Shown here in pieces: positions 28,370 to 40,789 of a stretch of DNA of 64,000 bases; position 1 is the stretch's first letter, and the number at the start of each line of letters is the position of its first letter. The notes under the pieces are model-generated. The model made no database searches and was not told the origin of the DNA. It saw only the letters and a list, made by a program, of their open reading frames with translations. A program made the position numbers and the translations under genes. The DNA is from Octopus bimaculoides (Eukaryota): positions 72,602,639 to 72,666,638 of the forward strand of contig NC_068984.1 of the NCBI RefSeq assembly GCF_001194135.2, written 5' to 3'.

Positions 28370-28830
28370 TATATGTGGGTTGGGAAAAGTTCAGAGAGCT
28401 ACTACCTCCGTTAGTAACAAAGGGCCTCTCCTTCAGAGTGGAAAGCAAATTGTATGATGCCTGTGTACAAACAGCTTGCTACATGGCAGTGAAACATGTT
28501 GAGGATATGCAGAAGCTTGAAAGAAATGAAGCCAGTATGCTCGATTGGATGGATAATGTTAGTGTGCACACAAGACAGCGTGAAGGATTTGAGGGTACAG
28601 CTGGGTACACAGGGCATCAGATGCCACGTGCAAGAGAGTAGACTGTGCTAGTACGGCCATGTAATGCATATGAAAACAATTGCATCAAGGAGTATTGAAC
28701 TCTAATCATGGAGAGAACATGTCGAAGGAAGACATGGAATGAATTGGTGAAAAAGGATCTTCAGATGTTGATCCTCAAAGTGGGGATGACAAGGCACTAA
28801 GATGTCTGGTGATTTGCTAAGTAAATATGT
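28370..28830 (+). mobile_element. RTE-clade LINE ORF fragment
   Basis: WEKFRELLPPLVTKGLSFRVESKLYDACVQTA...EDMQKLERNEASML.W. Confidence 0.8.
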
Positions 28831-29089
28831 GGTCATCCTTGCATACAAGTATGTCACCTGCATCCCTCATCTTGCAGCCGTGTGTGTGTGTGTGTGCAGG
28901 TGCCACATAAGAGCACTGTAAAGTGGTTGGCATTAGAAAGGGCATCCCACTGTAGAAACCATGCCAAAACAGATATAAAGCACAGGCAGCTCTCCAGCTC
29001 CTGTAAAACTGTTCAACCCATGCCAGCATGGAAAATGAAAAGAGTCAGTAATTGTAGACCAATAGTCTACCTAACATCTTTTTCCATCT

Positions 29090-29300
29090 ATAATGAGGTT
29101 GTAGAAACCTTACAAACATTCATGACTGTTCAATGTACAAGAAAATGAATTAGGTTATTGTGAAAGCTAAAACCTAGGGATTTCACCCACAGATGTGCTA
29201 GACAAGACTCAACAACAAAATGGTGAAATGTTTCTGATGATGGAATCACTGTTTTGAAATACACAATTTAGTTTCATAAGTGGACACTTTTCCAAGTAGA
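29090..29300 (+). mobile_element. Possible decayed mariner N-terminal (HTH) fragment
   Basis: Broken VKAKT.(E)IHP...VKW..F..G pattern; weak. Confidence 0.3.
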
Positions 29301-30643
29301 CTAGCACATTTTTTTTAGAATGACACAGATTTATACTTGTTAAATTTCTTTGCAGAATTATTGAGTCAGTTTTACTTGCACCTCTGCAATTGTGTCAGGT
29401 GTAATACCTAAATATTGTTTTAGAGATAGCAACAGGATACAGGAACCATATACACACATACATATATATAACTTTACAGCTAGCCATATGCAACCCAAAT
29501 AGTTTACTTATGCTCAAGCCAGCTGAAGCCGGCCTTTCACACCTACCCTACAATGTAATTCTAAAATTAACCATTACACTATTGAAATCTCAAAGCTATG
29601 AGATAATGCATGATTAACTCAAAATAAGGTGAATAAATAAGCATAACATTTGACAGAGTAACCTGAATGCTAAAGGGTTAAACTCTAATAAGAATGAGTA
29701 CATAAGTACACAAAATGAAGTAAGCCAAGAAATTTTAATTACTTAAAATTACAGCTTGAATGATGAGCAAAGTGAGTATCTGACTAATTCTAATTAAATT
29801 TAAAAAAGGGCTTAATTTCAATTAAATGTGGAATGTGCAGGCAATTTTTTTTTATTTAATCTATTGCAATACATGAAATAACATTTTAATCTCTAAAACA
29901 CGTATATGCAAACAAAAACTAAGAATTATGAGTAGATTAATCGCTAATGTTTTTAACAATCAGTTATATTAAACAATCGGAGAGAAAACAAATTCAAATG
30001 GATATACTATACAGGCAGCCGACTGTGTTAATAGTGTTGGCTAGAGCTTAGTTTTTTTAACACAAAGTGGATGGGTTTCTTTTGAATTCCAACTGATTTT
30101 ATCATATTGTAAAGCATGTCAGAATATATATATATATCTCAAGCTTAGAAGCTTGAATAAACTCTTCATACTCATTGTTCAGTTTTCGACACTCAAGTTG
30201 TAANNNNNNNNNNAAAAACTAGTCATACCCCATTAAAGTGTCAGATCACCATCTGCGATCTGAAATACAAGATTACATGCATACACACACACAGAATTTT
30301 CAGAGAAACCACAAACACATCATCGTTGTTTAATGTCTGTTTTCCATGCTGGCATGTATGTATATAATGGGCTTCCAAACAGTTTCCATCTTGTAAATTT
30401 ACTCACAAGGCATTAGTTCGCCAGGGGTCATAGAAAACACTTACCCAAAGTGTTGCACAGTTATACTGAACCCAAAACCAAGTGGTTGCAAAGCAAGTTT
30501 CTGAACCACATTGCCATGCTTGCATCTACACATGCACACACCCATTATATTTAAGTTTTTAAAATATATAAGTTAAAAATTAGAGATCAATATAGCTACA
30601 GTAAACTTTCACTAGATAGTTACTGTCATCCAAAAAATTCATG

Positions 30644-30649
30644 TTTATT
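30644..30649 (-). terminator. Candidate polyadenylation signal AATAAA of geminin
   Basis: TTTATT on the + strand, ~55 nt past the stop codon. Confidence 0.55.
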
Positions 30650-30702
30650 TACATAAAAATTAAAATAAAATAAAATAAAGCAGTATAATTTTTTTAATTC
30701 CA

Positions 30703-30786
30703 TTATAAACTTTGGCTTTCCTCAGTAGATGTAGCATCAGCAGACCCTTCTTTGTCTTCTGTATTTTCTGATTCACCAATGGCAGA
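30703..30786 (-). CDS. GMNN: Geminin terminal coding exon (SAIGESENTEDKEGSADATSTEESQSL*), acidic tail
   Basis: Acceptor tatatttcag|, phase 0, TAA at 30705-30703, followed by an AATAAA. Confidence 0.88.
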   Translation of the reverse strand, partial: SAIGESENTEDKEGSADATSTEESQSL

Positions 30787-31024
30787 CTGAAATATATACA
30801 TTTTTAAAAAAGTGTAAAAGATATATCACAAGTCAGGTTGTATTTATTTAATTTGAAAACAATAAGAAATTGTTTATTTTCATCAACCCTTTTCCAACCA
30901 TATTTCTGTTAAAACTTTTCTATATGCTGCTCTTTGGAACTTTAATACAAAGAAGTTTGAAGGAGAATGTTTGTATGAGAGTCAGAATCAATCTCAGGCA
31001 GGTTGGTTTAAAAAAAAATGTTAA

Positions 31025-31406
31025 CCCTTTCATGACTATATTTCAATAATAAATATCTTACTTACATAGCAAGTTTTTCAAATGTTTGATGAGGGAAAAG
31101 TTAATTTTATCAACAAGTACAATGAAATAAAGTCAGCCCCAGTAGGATTTGCAATCAGAATGCAAAGCAATGGAAATAAAGACTATTGTTGCTGTCAGAT
31201 CAGCCAATTTCAACAACAAATATATTCCCCCTGTTGGAGCAATTTACTAAAATAAACTTCATTAGTAAGCTGGTGATTAAAACAAATTGAGCACAAATGT
31301 ATCAACTTGTGGTCGAAAGCTTTTACTTCAAATATGATTTAATAAAATGACTAGTCTTATATCTTAAGATAGTGGAATTCTCAAGCTGGTTGTGCTAAAT
31401 AAAGGG
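31025..31406. mobile_element. Possible piggyBac-like MITE with nested SINE fragment
   Basis: TTAA|CCCTTT ... AAAGGG|TTGA ends. Confidence 0.4.
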
Positions 31407-32122
31407 TTGAAAATATGAGATTCAAGCAGGCATAATGATTGTATGTGTTAATTGTAGTACACTCTTGTTGGCTTGAGAGAGAGTGCGAGAGGCACATATA
31501 AAGCACTCACTACACTTTTGGAGTGGTTGGTATTAGAAAGGACATTCAACTATAGAAACCTTGCCTAATCAGATTGAAATTTGGTGCAGCTCCCCAGTTT
31601 ACAGTCAAACTATCCAACCCATACCAGCATGGAAAATGAATGTTAAATGAGGATGAAGATGCAGATGTGTGAGGCAGTGGAATCAAAGCTAGGAACACGT
31701 AACTGTAAAGTGGACTCACTGATTATTTAATGAAGCTTGTGCTAAATGACAACACTACTGATGACTCAACAAGTCTCTACATGGTTGCCCAACTTGCAAG
31801 AAAGAGCACACAAATAATCTTCAAATCGCATCTAACTATTCCAAGGTATGCATATCAAATGTAGTTCTGAATGTACAAAAAGTTGAGACAGTTATAGAGG
31901 GAAAGACAAGAGATTTGCTCAATCAACAACTAGATGCAGCAGCTTCACTTTTGATAACAACACTCATGAACCTTATAATACAAAACTACCCATTTTGGTA
32001 TGTCTACAATGAAATTAAAAACTTCTGTTGTAACCCTTTGTTAGCTTAGTAAAGAAAAACCTAATTATTTTACGAAATCACTCAGGCAATGTACTCCAGA
32101 AATATGAAAAAACGTCTATTAA

Positions 32123-32347
32123 CCCATTAAGTCCCACTGTCCTATAAACAGGACACTAAATGAGAACATTAAATAAGCTATATCACATTGTCTCAGTGTC
32201 CTAATTATAGGATACTGAGTATTTCTATTTCTACTTGAAGTAAAGGAGTTTTAATAATTTTTTTCTTTTCATTTTAACCTATTTTCAATCATCTGTAAAA
32301 ATTTAAAAGTAATATTCAGAAATTTAAGTACTCTGGGACTTAATGGG
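32123..32347. mobile_element. 225-bp piggyBac-type MITE in geminin intron 5
   Basis: TTAA TSD at 32119-32122 and 32348-32351; perfect 14-bp TIR CCCATTAAGTCCCA. Confidence 0.88.
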
Positions 32348-32375
32348 TTAAGGGGAAATATGTTTTAAATTTTAC

Positions 32376-32465
32376 CTGTACAAGATTTGCAAAATCCTCA
32401 GCTTTTGATGCCAGCTCAGATAATGTTTCATTTTCATGTTTTAACATGTCATTTTCAAAAGTCAG
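32376..32465 (-). CDS. GMNN: Geminin coding exon 5, coiled coil (LTFENDMLKHENETLSELASKAEDFANLVQ)
   Basis: Acceptor ttttatccttttag|, donor CAG|gtaaaa, 90 nt; LK.EN..L.E.A pattern. Confidence 0.92.
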
Positions 32466-32650
32466 CTAAAAGGATAAAAATGTAAAACATGTATTTCGTT
32501 TTTTTTTATTTATCAATACATAAAAGGATGAAAAAGATTGATACATACTTCCTCAACTTTGGACTTTAATTGTTTGTTTTCCTCATGTAACTAAAAAAAT
32601 AAAAAATTTAAAAAAAAACGGAGTTTAGCTCACCACTGAACAAATGTATT

Positions 32651-33515
32651 TGAAATTTAATTCAATTAAGTAAGCAATTTCTAGAAATTGCTTACTTTCT
32701 AGAAACTTCAGTTAGATTTTTTTTTTAAAGTATGGCAATACACAATTTTTGTGACAGAAAAACATACCTAAGAGAATGGAAGAAAACATTATGAAGAAGG
32801 AGAAAAAAACATACATGGGCTGATAAAACTTCACAAGAATAAAGCAATCCACATATATATCACTTCATGCAAAAGCCAACAGAGGCAGTCTCAAAGAAAC
32901 CTGATGAGTGGCATACTATACACCAAACCCAAATAATCTTCAAAAACAGACACGAATTTTTCCTTGACCATATTTCTAATGAAGAGATTATTTTAATTGG
33001 CTTTCAATATACCTTGGAAAAGTATAGTAAAATATCACATTTTATATTTTGGTAATGACCAGCTGCAATTATTTAGGTTACAAGATCTTCAATTATAAAC
33101 ACTTTAGTACAAGAGGATGTGCATTTAAATCAGTTACAATGAAAATTAGTGATATGTGAACTTGGCACACCAAATCAACTGTAAAAGGTTGGTATGTTTA
33201 GAAGTGGCTGATACCAACCAAAGTTGAAGTAGATAAAGACAACACTTTTTGTTAGGATGGAAAGAGATCAAAAGAGAAAGGCTTTAGCATTGTGAAACCA
33301 ATAGGAAAAGTGTATCAAGTAACTTAAATACTAGAAAAGAACAGAACATATTTCCCATGAAATTTAATTCAATTAAGTAAGCAATTAGTAAAGTCTGACT
33401 TTCTAGAAACTTCAATTAGATTTCTTTTTTAAAGTATAGCAATACACAATTTTTGTGTCAGAAAAACATACCTAAGAGAATGGAAGAAAACATTAAGGAG
33501 AAAGAACACATGATA
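32651..33515. repeat. Local direct duplication, ~150 bp (32651-~32815 and 33358-~33515)
   Basis: tgaaatttaattcaattaagtaagcaatt ... gaaaaacatacctaagagaatggaagaaaacatt is present twice. Confidence 0.92.
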
Positions 33516-35214
33516 ATGCATTTTGGTAAGCTGCTACAAAGGTGCATGCCACAGTACAGTTCAAAAGTTCTTTGACATAAGCAGGAGAATATACTAGCAC
33601 AAAAATTTCTCCTAGACTTTTATGATTGGTACCCAGAGAGGTCTCTGTAGCAGAAAGGCTACAAACATTTCTATTTATAGGGAAAAATAGGATCACAGCT
33701 ACTTGTGGCTTTTTACTTGAAAAAAGCATGGTTAAATTTGGCAGAATGATTGCAGATGTTATCACATACCTAAAGTTCTCAACTACATTCAAGCTGCAAA
33801 TTACAAACAGTGAATACGTATCTTTATTCTGGAAGTACATATATTGCACATGACAAGATATTTTGTGCAAATCGAATTGTGTAGCTGTGCTTATAGTTGT
33901 AGCCATGAAGTAGTGGTTATACAACAAAAGCACTAATGAATTATGTGCTGCATCAGCAACTTGCAGATTTATACTGTACTCCACTACGGGAACAATTTAC
34001 AGTCAGACAGAATGGAGCAGAAGAAATTTAAGTGGCTGGACCTTTGACAGAACAGTGCTGTGAACAATATACAAATTGAGCATTTCAACTTCTCCAGCTT
34101 TCATTTGAGAAGATATTACAAAATGAAGCATACAGAGCTAATGATAGCCACCAGGTATTGAAAGCAAGAATTTGTTTTTATTCCAACTGTTCATTTTAAT
34201 GCATTTGGAATCAGAAATGAACCCTTCCATCCTAATTCTATGCAAGATTTTGTTGACTTACAATCTAAACATCAAATTAACCCTTTTGATATCAATTTAG
34301 AACAACTCATTTACAAGTTAGGATTTTCCATCATAATTTTAGCCAAGAATCATTTGTAATGTTCTAAACACCTAAATTAATTCTCTATTTTCAAAACTAA
34401 GTGAAATATTTAGATGATGCCCTTCGTTAAGATTGGCTAATAACGAAGTAAATTACTTAGTTAAATTTTTTCAAATTCATGATTATTTTCAATGTCACAT
34501 TTTCTTTGTAAACAGACATTGAGACATTTCTTGAATTGACCAAGTCAACGAACAAACTATTTGGCAAGGAGATTGAACAACACATTAAGACAAATGATGT
34601 TTGCCAACTTGCAAGACTTTAGCTGTAAAATTTTACACTCTATACCAGATTCACTTTGCATTAACTGAAAGACTTACTCAGGCAGCAACCTGAATATTTT
34701 CATATTATCACTAAAGACAATTGTTCATTTACGAGCCCAGCAATGTTCAGTAAAATCTTGTTTTGCCATCCCTTTTCACTGCCCTAGGTCATTACCGAAC
34801 AATATATCAACTGAAATGATGAAAAACAGCAGCTGTAAGAACGTTTTCATAACTCTGCTTTTGAGCTTGAGGCAATAATTCTAAAATCTTACTTGTATCA
34901 CTGTTTAACCTCTAAGTTTCATTGCGACAATTAACCAGATTAAATACAAGTTGGTCTTAGAATTCAATCATTAGTGGCAGAAAAAATGCCCACCATACTA
35001 AAAATATTATCTCACCTAGCCTAGAGGAACATAAGCATATACATGGTGAATTAATTAGAACCACAAGGGTTAAACAAAGAGGTGACAATACAAGAGACAA
35101 GTGGGGTCAGGGATTTATTGAATGACCTGAATATATAATTACAAAAGAAGATGAAATAAAAAAATGGATGCGGAATGGGTTTGACCCACCAACCACATTC
35201 TTGCATTGCACCGT

Positions 35215-35870
35215 TCATTTTGTCTTTTTATTTTTAAACTCCGCTTATTCTGGCACTTACATACCCAACATTCAGACTACTCTAGACATGCTTTCCCTCT
35301 TAGGTGATATAAAAAGAGGTTCACTAAAGCATGCCCAGAGGCAAAGGTACCTGATGCGATACCTCTTCCACATCGCTTCTTTCGCTATAGCTATTTTGAC
35401 TAGAAAACAAAATTTCTCTTCTTTTAGAGGAGGTGGCAGAATGATCTTATTAATCAATTTGGCTGACAGCTGAACTCTCCCCAGCTGTGACAGTACCCAT
35501 TTGGTAGAAACACACAGTTCCGAGACACGGACACTGTGTGATTGCGTGCAGAACAGTTTTGTTGCCCCATCTGCAATGTGGGCATATAGGCGAAACAGTG
35601 ACACCGTGCCTCATGAGTTTATCACAAACTGGCAAGGCATTTCGGAAGCACAGCCGAGCCAGGAACCGCTGGAAGTTGTCCATAGGTCCCCGGCTGAAAG
35701 TCCTTTGATGCAGGTTGGCAAGCCGACTTTCATCGAAACCCAGAGTCTGCCCCATCACACTTGCGCTCTACCAGCACATACACAAAGAAACAGCTTTAAT
35801 ATCAACAGCCCTTTGAACCTAAAATACTAAATTTGTATTCCTCTTCATCATGATGTGTGCTTGATGGTTG
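35215..35870 (-). mobile_element. L1/Tx1-clade LINE 3' fragment (zf-RVT) in geminin intron 4
   Basis: CFRNALPVCDKLMRHGVTVSPICPHCRWGNKTVLHAITQCP is a C-terminal zinc knuckle of LINE ORF2; A-rich tail at ~35220-35236. Confidence 0.8.
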
Positions 35871-36538
35871 CAAACAATGCCTTCTTAATCAACAGTGTGG
35901 TTGCTTCTTGAAATGTGTGATCTTTCTAAACAAAATGTTCATCGAACTGGTGTCACTCGTTTCCAGTTCATTGCATAATTCCATATAAGCTGTTTGTTGT
36001 GCAGTACACTGGGAAATCATTACCTCATTTGGAAATAAGTAGGATCAAGAAGGCCATACAAAACTATTCCAATCTACTCTCCTCTGATCCATGCTAGCAC
36101 AACAGGAACATTTAAGACATTGGGCAGCTGCTTATGCTAGTACACCACTGAAGCTATGGTAGGAAGAAAAAAATATTTGCCAAAAAAGCTGTACAGTAGG
36201 ATCATACCAGAACCAATCGGTTACAAGATGAACTTAACCCCACACATAATTAGATCATGGATCTTATCACCTCTTGACAAATGAGGTGGTGAGAATGGGT
36301 GAAATACTGACCAGTGTTTCTAAATGTGCTAAAAGATTTATAAAACTGTAACAAGATAAAAAAATGAGATGTAAATAATCAAAACTAGCATTTATAAATT
36401 AGTCTTTTTGAAGAAATGGCAAAAAAACACCTTCAACAGCAATAGTAAAATGCTGCATTATCTTTTAATATGAAGCCATTTAACCAAAGACTAGTCAGGT
36501 TCCAACACGATTTCAATAATGCATAACAATGAATGTAA

Positions 36539-36572
<34 letters not shown>

Positions 36573-36857
36573 CATGAGAGATGAAAAGAGAGAGAGCAAA
36601 AGAGTTAGAGAGAATGAAGAGAAAGAGTTAGAGGAAGAGATGAGACACAGCTTGAAAAGAGTGTGGAAGACAAGGGAAGTGAAAATGAAAGACAGTATTA
36701 GTGAAGAATGAGAGAAAGAAGATGTGATTATTAAACTTGGAAAATGGAACCCTAAAGGTTGATAGACTAATAATGAAAGAAAGAATTATTTGAAATGTCA
36801 AATTATATTTAGTATCAAATTTGTTATCAAAGAGAAAAACAGAAGATGTATCCATAC

Positions 36858-36940
36858 TGCTTTATTTTCTTCTAAAGTTTCAGCAAGGGCTTGCCGTTGT
36901 TGTTCAGAATAATCTTTCCAGTAGGTTTCAGGAATATTTG
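36858..36940 (-). CDS. GMNN: Geminin coding exon 4 (NIPETYWKDYSEQQRQALAETLEENKA)
   Basis: Acceptor tttttttcag|, donor GCA|gtatgg, 83 nt; hallmark geminin motif YWK..E..R.AL...L.EN. Confidence 0.95.
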
Positions 36941-39617
36941 CTGAAAAAAATATTGTCATCATTATTACATAAAAAAAAAAAAGAGAAAAAAGAGAAAGAA
37001 AAGGCAGTACAGAACAACTGAAAGCCAATGAAGCAGCCTGACCTACACTGCTCAGCTTGGTAGAAATAACAGTCAAAGTTTCCTAAAATCAGTCGTAAAC
37101 AAACAAAAGAAAAAAGTTGCAGGTATGGTTTTGTGGCAAGAAATTAGCTTCCCAACCCCTATGGTTTCAGGTTCAATCCACCTGTTTGGCACCTTGGGCA
37201 AGTGTCTTCTACAATAGTCTCAGGCCAATCAAAGCCTTATAAATGGATTTGGTAGAAAGAGAAAGAAACCCATTGTATAAGTGTGTGTGTGTGTGTGTGC
37301 GTGCTAAGTGCTTGTCTGCTCCTTCTACAGCTTGACAACCAGTGGTTTGTTTATGTTCCAGTAACTGAACTGGTTCAGCAAAAGAGACCGAAAGAATAAG
37401 TACTGGGGTCAATTGCTTTGGCTAAAGCCTTTCAAGGCAGTGCCCCAAGCAGCAGTCCAATGACCGAAGCAAATGAAGATAAAAACCCCTAATGAAATAG
37501 AACAGAACTCTTACTCCAGTGAATTAAATTCTAAGATGATGTGGTGACTAAATCCTTATCCACCTCCTCCACTTAAAGTCAGCAAAATTTGTAAATCTAT
37601 TTTGATACTTAGATTACTCAACTCTGAGATCAAAGCATTCAATTGCTTAAATTCTACTTCATGAATCAAAGGTTGAAGAATACCTAAGTAAGATATCACA
37701 GCAAATTGCTACAAGGTGTGAAGGAAACCACCAAAGGGTGAACACTGTTTCAACTCCCACCCACCTCCATCACTACTTCAACTTCTAAAGTTCACATAGG
37801 CTCAATGGGACACTTAATATTAAAATCCAAGTAGCAAGATGGCAGAATCATTAGAAAGGTGAATGTAATGCTTAGCATCCTTTCGGGGGTTCATAAAGCA
37901 CCAGATAAGCACCGGCATCGATATAATTGACTAGCACCCTCTAAAATTTCAAGGGATAAAAAAAAAGCAATGAGTGCAATCTGATTTAATGAGTACCTTA
38001 ATTCTAATCTATGACAACACATACATGGGTGTTCAAATTCCTGAAGAAGATTACAAAAAGAAAAATCAGTTGAAATGATCCCTTGTCTAATGTATTGAGT
38101 TTAGTTTACACATATGCAATGCTGGTTGAAAAACTGACTTCCTCTAAAATTACACAATAGCATCAAAACATTTCATAAATCAAAGATATCAATTAAATAC
38201 TAAAGATGAATAGTTAAGATTATATATAATTTCATAACTATTAACCTTATCTTTAAAGATAAAATATTTACAGCTATATTATGTTTCAATCAATTCAATA
38301 ACCATCCTTATCCTGAATGTATACACAGTACCAGACAAATTCAAACACCCACCCGCCCACCATCACCATCATACACACACACACAAACTAAATTAGCATT
38401 CTTATATCCAAGTATATAAGTCAGTAGCCTTAGTGGATAAAGTAATATTTCCAAGAGCTTTATTCAAATGACATCTGATTTTTTTTTTTGTTGTTGGTTG
38501 CAGTTTTTGCCCAACCCTCATCAACCATGACTATCCAGACTTTTGATTAAGACATCCCAGCTGTAAGCATCCTGTCTTTTTCTACTACATACACAGGCAA
38601 CCAATTTGTCCAATGTTGTGGGCTCATAGGTGCTGATGACATGTAAGCACACTCAGTACACTATATCAAGTGACTGGCATTAGGAAGGGCATCCAGCTGT
38701 AGAAACCATGTCAAACACACGAAGCCTGGGAAGCTCTTTAGCTGGCCAGCTCCAGTCAAACTGTCCAGCCAATGTCACCATGGAAAACGGACGTTAAATG
38801 AGGTTTTCTAAAGCAGTGGGAAATAATTTATGAGAGGTTTGTTTGACAGCTATTTCTATTAAGCAACCACACAAGATCCCACAATAGCTGCTATACACTA
38901 TACTTGAAAATCACAATCCTATTTGTTCATCATACTGCCTCAAGAAGTCTTGACCAACATGTGCCAACATGGAAAAAGAAAGACGTATGCATAAACACAT
39001 CTAACAAGTTACAGTAGCTATCTCCTATTAATTTTCACTCACAAGACTGACTGATGGCATCAACTACTTGCCAAAGATGCTGGACATTGTGATCAAACTT
39101 GAAACCATGCAGTTGCAAACATCTTAATCATATTAAGAAGATGCTTTTAAACTAAAGGTAAAACATCAGATCGAATTATCTCCAATCTATACTGTAAATA
39201 TTGTAAGAAATAAACATATGTAAAAAAGTTAAGATCATAAGGAAAAGAAAGCATGGCTGTGTGGTGAGAGGCTTGCTCCCCAAACACAGGTTTACAAGGT
39301 CAGTCCCACTGTGTGGCACCTTGGGCAAGTGTTTTGTAATGCAGTCTTGAGCCAACTGAAGCTTTGTGAATGGATTTGGTAGAAACAGATTGGAAGAAAC
39401 GTGCCTGTGTGCATTTATATGTACACACACACACACACACATGTATTTATATCTCCATCGATTGACAACTAGTATTGGTGTATTTTCATCCCAGTAACTT
39501 AGCGCTTTGGTAAAAGACTACAACTAAAGCAAGTAAAAGTATATATAATCAGAAAAGACACATAGAAACTAAAAGAAAAAAAGTGAAATGAAGAGGAGCT
39601 GAAGGAAATATAATTAC

Positions 39618-39792
39618 TTTCACACATTAATTCATTAGCCTCCTTTTCTGCGCTCTCTATGTTGGAGGTCTGCACAAGCCTTCTCTCAGTTTCTGTTGCC
39701 TTCCCTTCTGGTTTCGGTGAGTTTAAGTTCAGCTTTGAGTCTTGCAAAACAAGTGTTCTCTGTGTGGAATCAACCAACTTCGATTTTCCTGA
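39618..39792 (-). CDS. GMNN: Geminin coding exon 3 (SGKSKLVD...EANELMCE)
   Basis: Branch-point-like TTAAC, pyrimidine run, then first downstream CAG acceptor; donor A|gtaatt; 175 nt. ELMCE aligns with human DLMIK just before the coiled coil. Confidence 0.85.
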
Positions 39793-40789
39793 CTGTTTTA
39801 CCACCATAATAGAAATAAACAGTTAATTTTTGAAATAAACTTACAAAAGAAAAAGCAAAACTATTTTATAAATAATAGATAACATTTTCATTAAAATATT
39901 GTGATATTGGTTATTTGTATTGTGAAAGTTCAAGCATTCGATAAACATTTTTCCAATTAAGAATATGATTCAAAAATTTATCTCTTAAAAAGGATAAAAG
40001 TTTTCAAAACAAAGTATAACTATATCAAGTTAGAAAATTTAACTTTTTTTCTTTTAGAGATTATTTGCTAATTTACTAAGAAACTATATTAAAAATTGAA
40101 ATCTCCCAACATTTAAATAAAACTGCAGATATTGACTTTTAAGATTGTCCACAAAGCTGATTTTCGCTAAGTGGAATTTATAGCTGTTTGAATTCTCGCC
40201 AATTGCAAAGAAAATTAATGGCTAGAACTCAAAAGGGTAAAAACAGAATGCTGATAGGGATTACAGCCATAATTAAATTAAACATTACAAAGCACTTTGT
40301 ATAGTGTTTAAAAACCGACTGAATCACCACCTAAATATAACCAACTTACAACCAAGATGCTCACTCAACTTATAAGAAATAGCTGTTCCAAATCTTCTCT
40401 AAATCACACCACTTATTACACGAGATTGCTGTAATTTGAATGTAGATCATAGGTCAACTCATTTAGAGTAGCCAGTTTACTTTTCTCTCACCAAAATTAA
40501 AGACCACGAAAGTTAAACATTAAACTCCTGTAAACTATAGTAGTCACTGTTTAACCACAAGACAATACTGAGCAAGCAGATCAATGATCTAAAGCACTTC
40601 AGTCAAAAACTTCCTAGGGTTCTTAAAGCTATTGTAAAGTACAGTACCTGGTATATCTGGTGTGGCGTTAATGACAATTTGGTTAGTATTCTAGTGGATT
40701 GACCAAACAACCAGAGAGGCTTCTTTGCTGACTTGTAATTTATCTTGATGACTCAGCAGAAACGAAACTGCCCTACACTTTTGACTTAA

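Noticed and set aside
39668-39688. QRTLVLQ in exon 3 as the destruction box
   Set aside because: Lacks RxxL spacing; a proper RDSL box followed by LVG was found in exon 2.
40636-40780. Possible geminin exon with donor CAG|gtactg
   Set aside because: Stops in all three frames.
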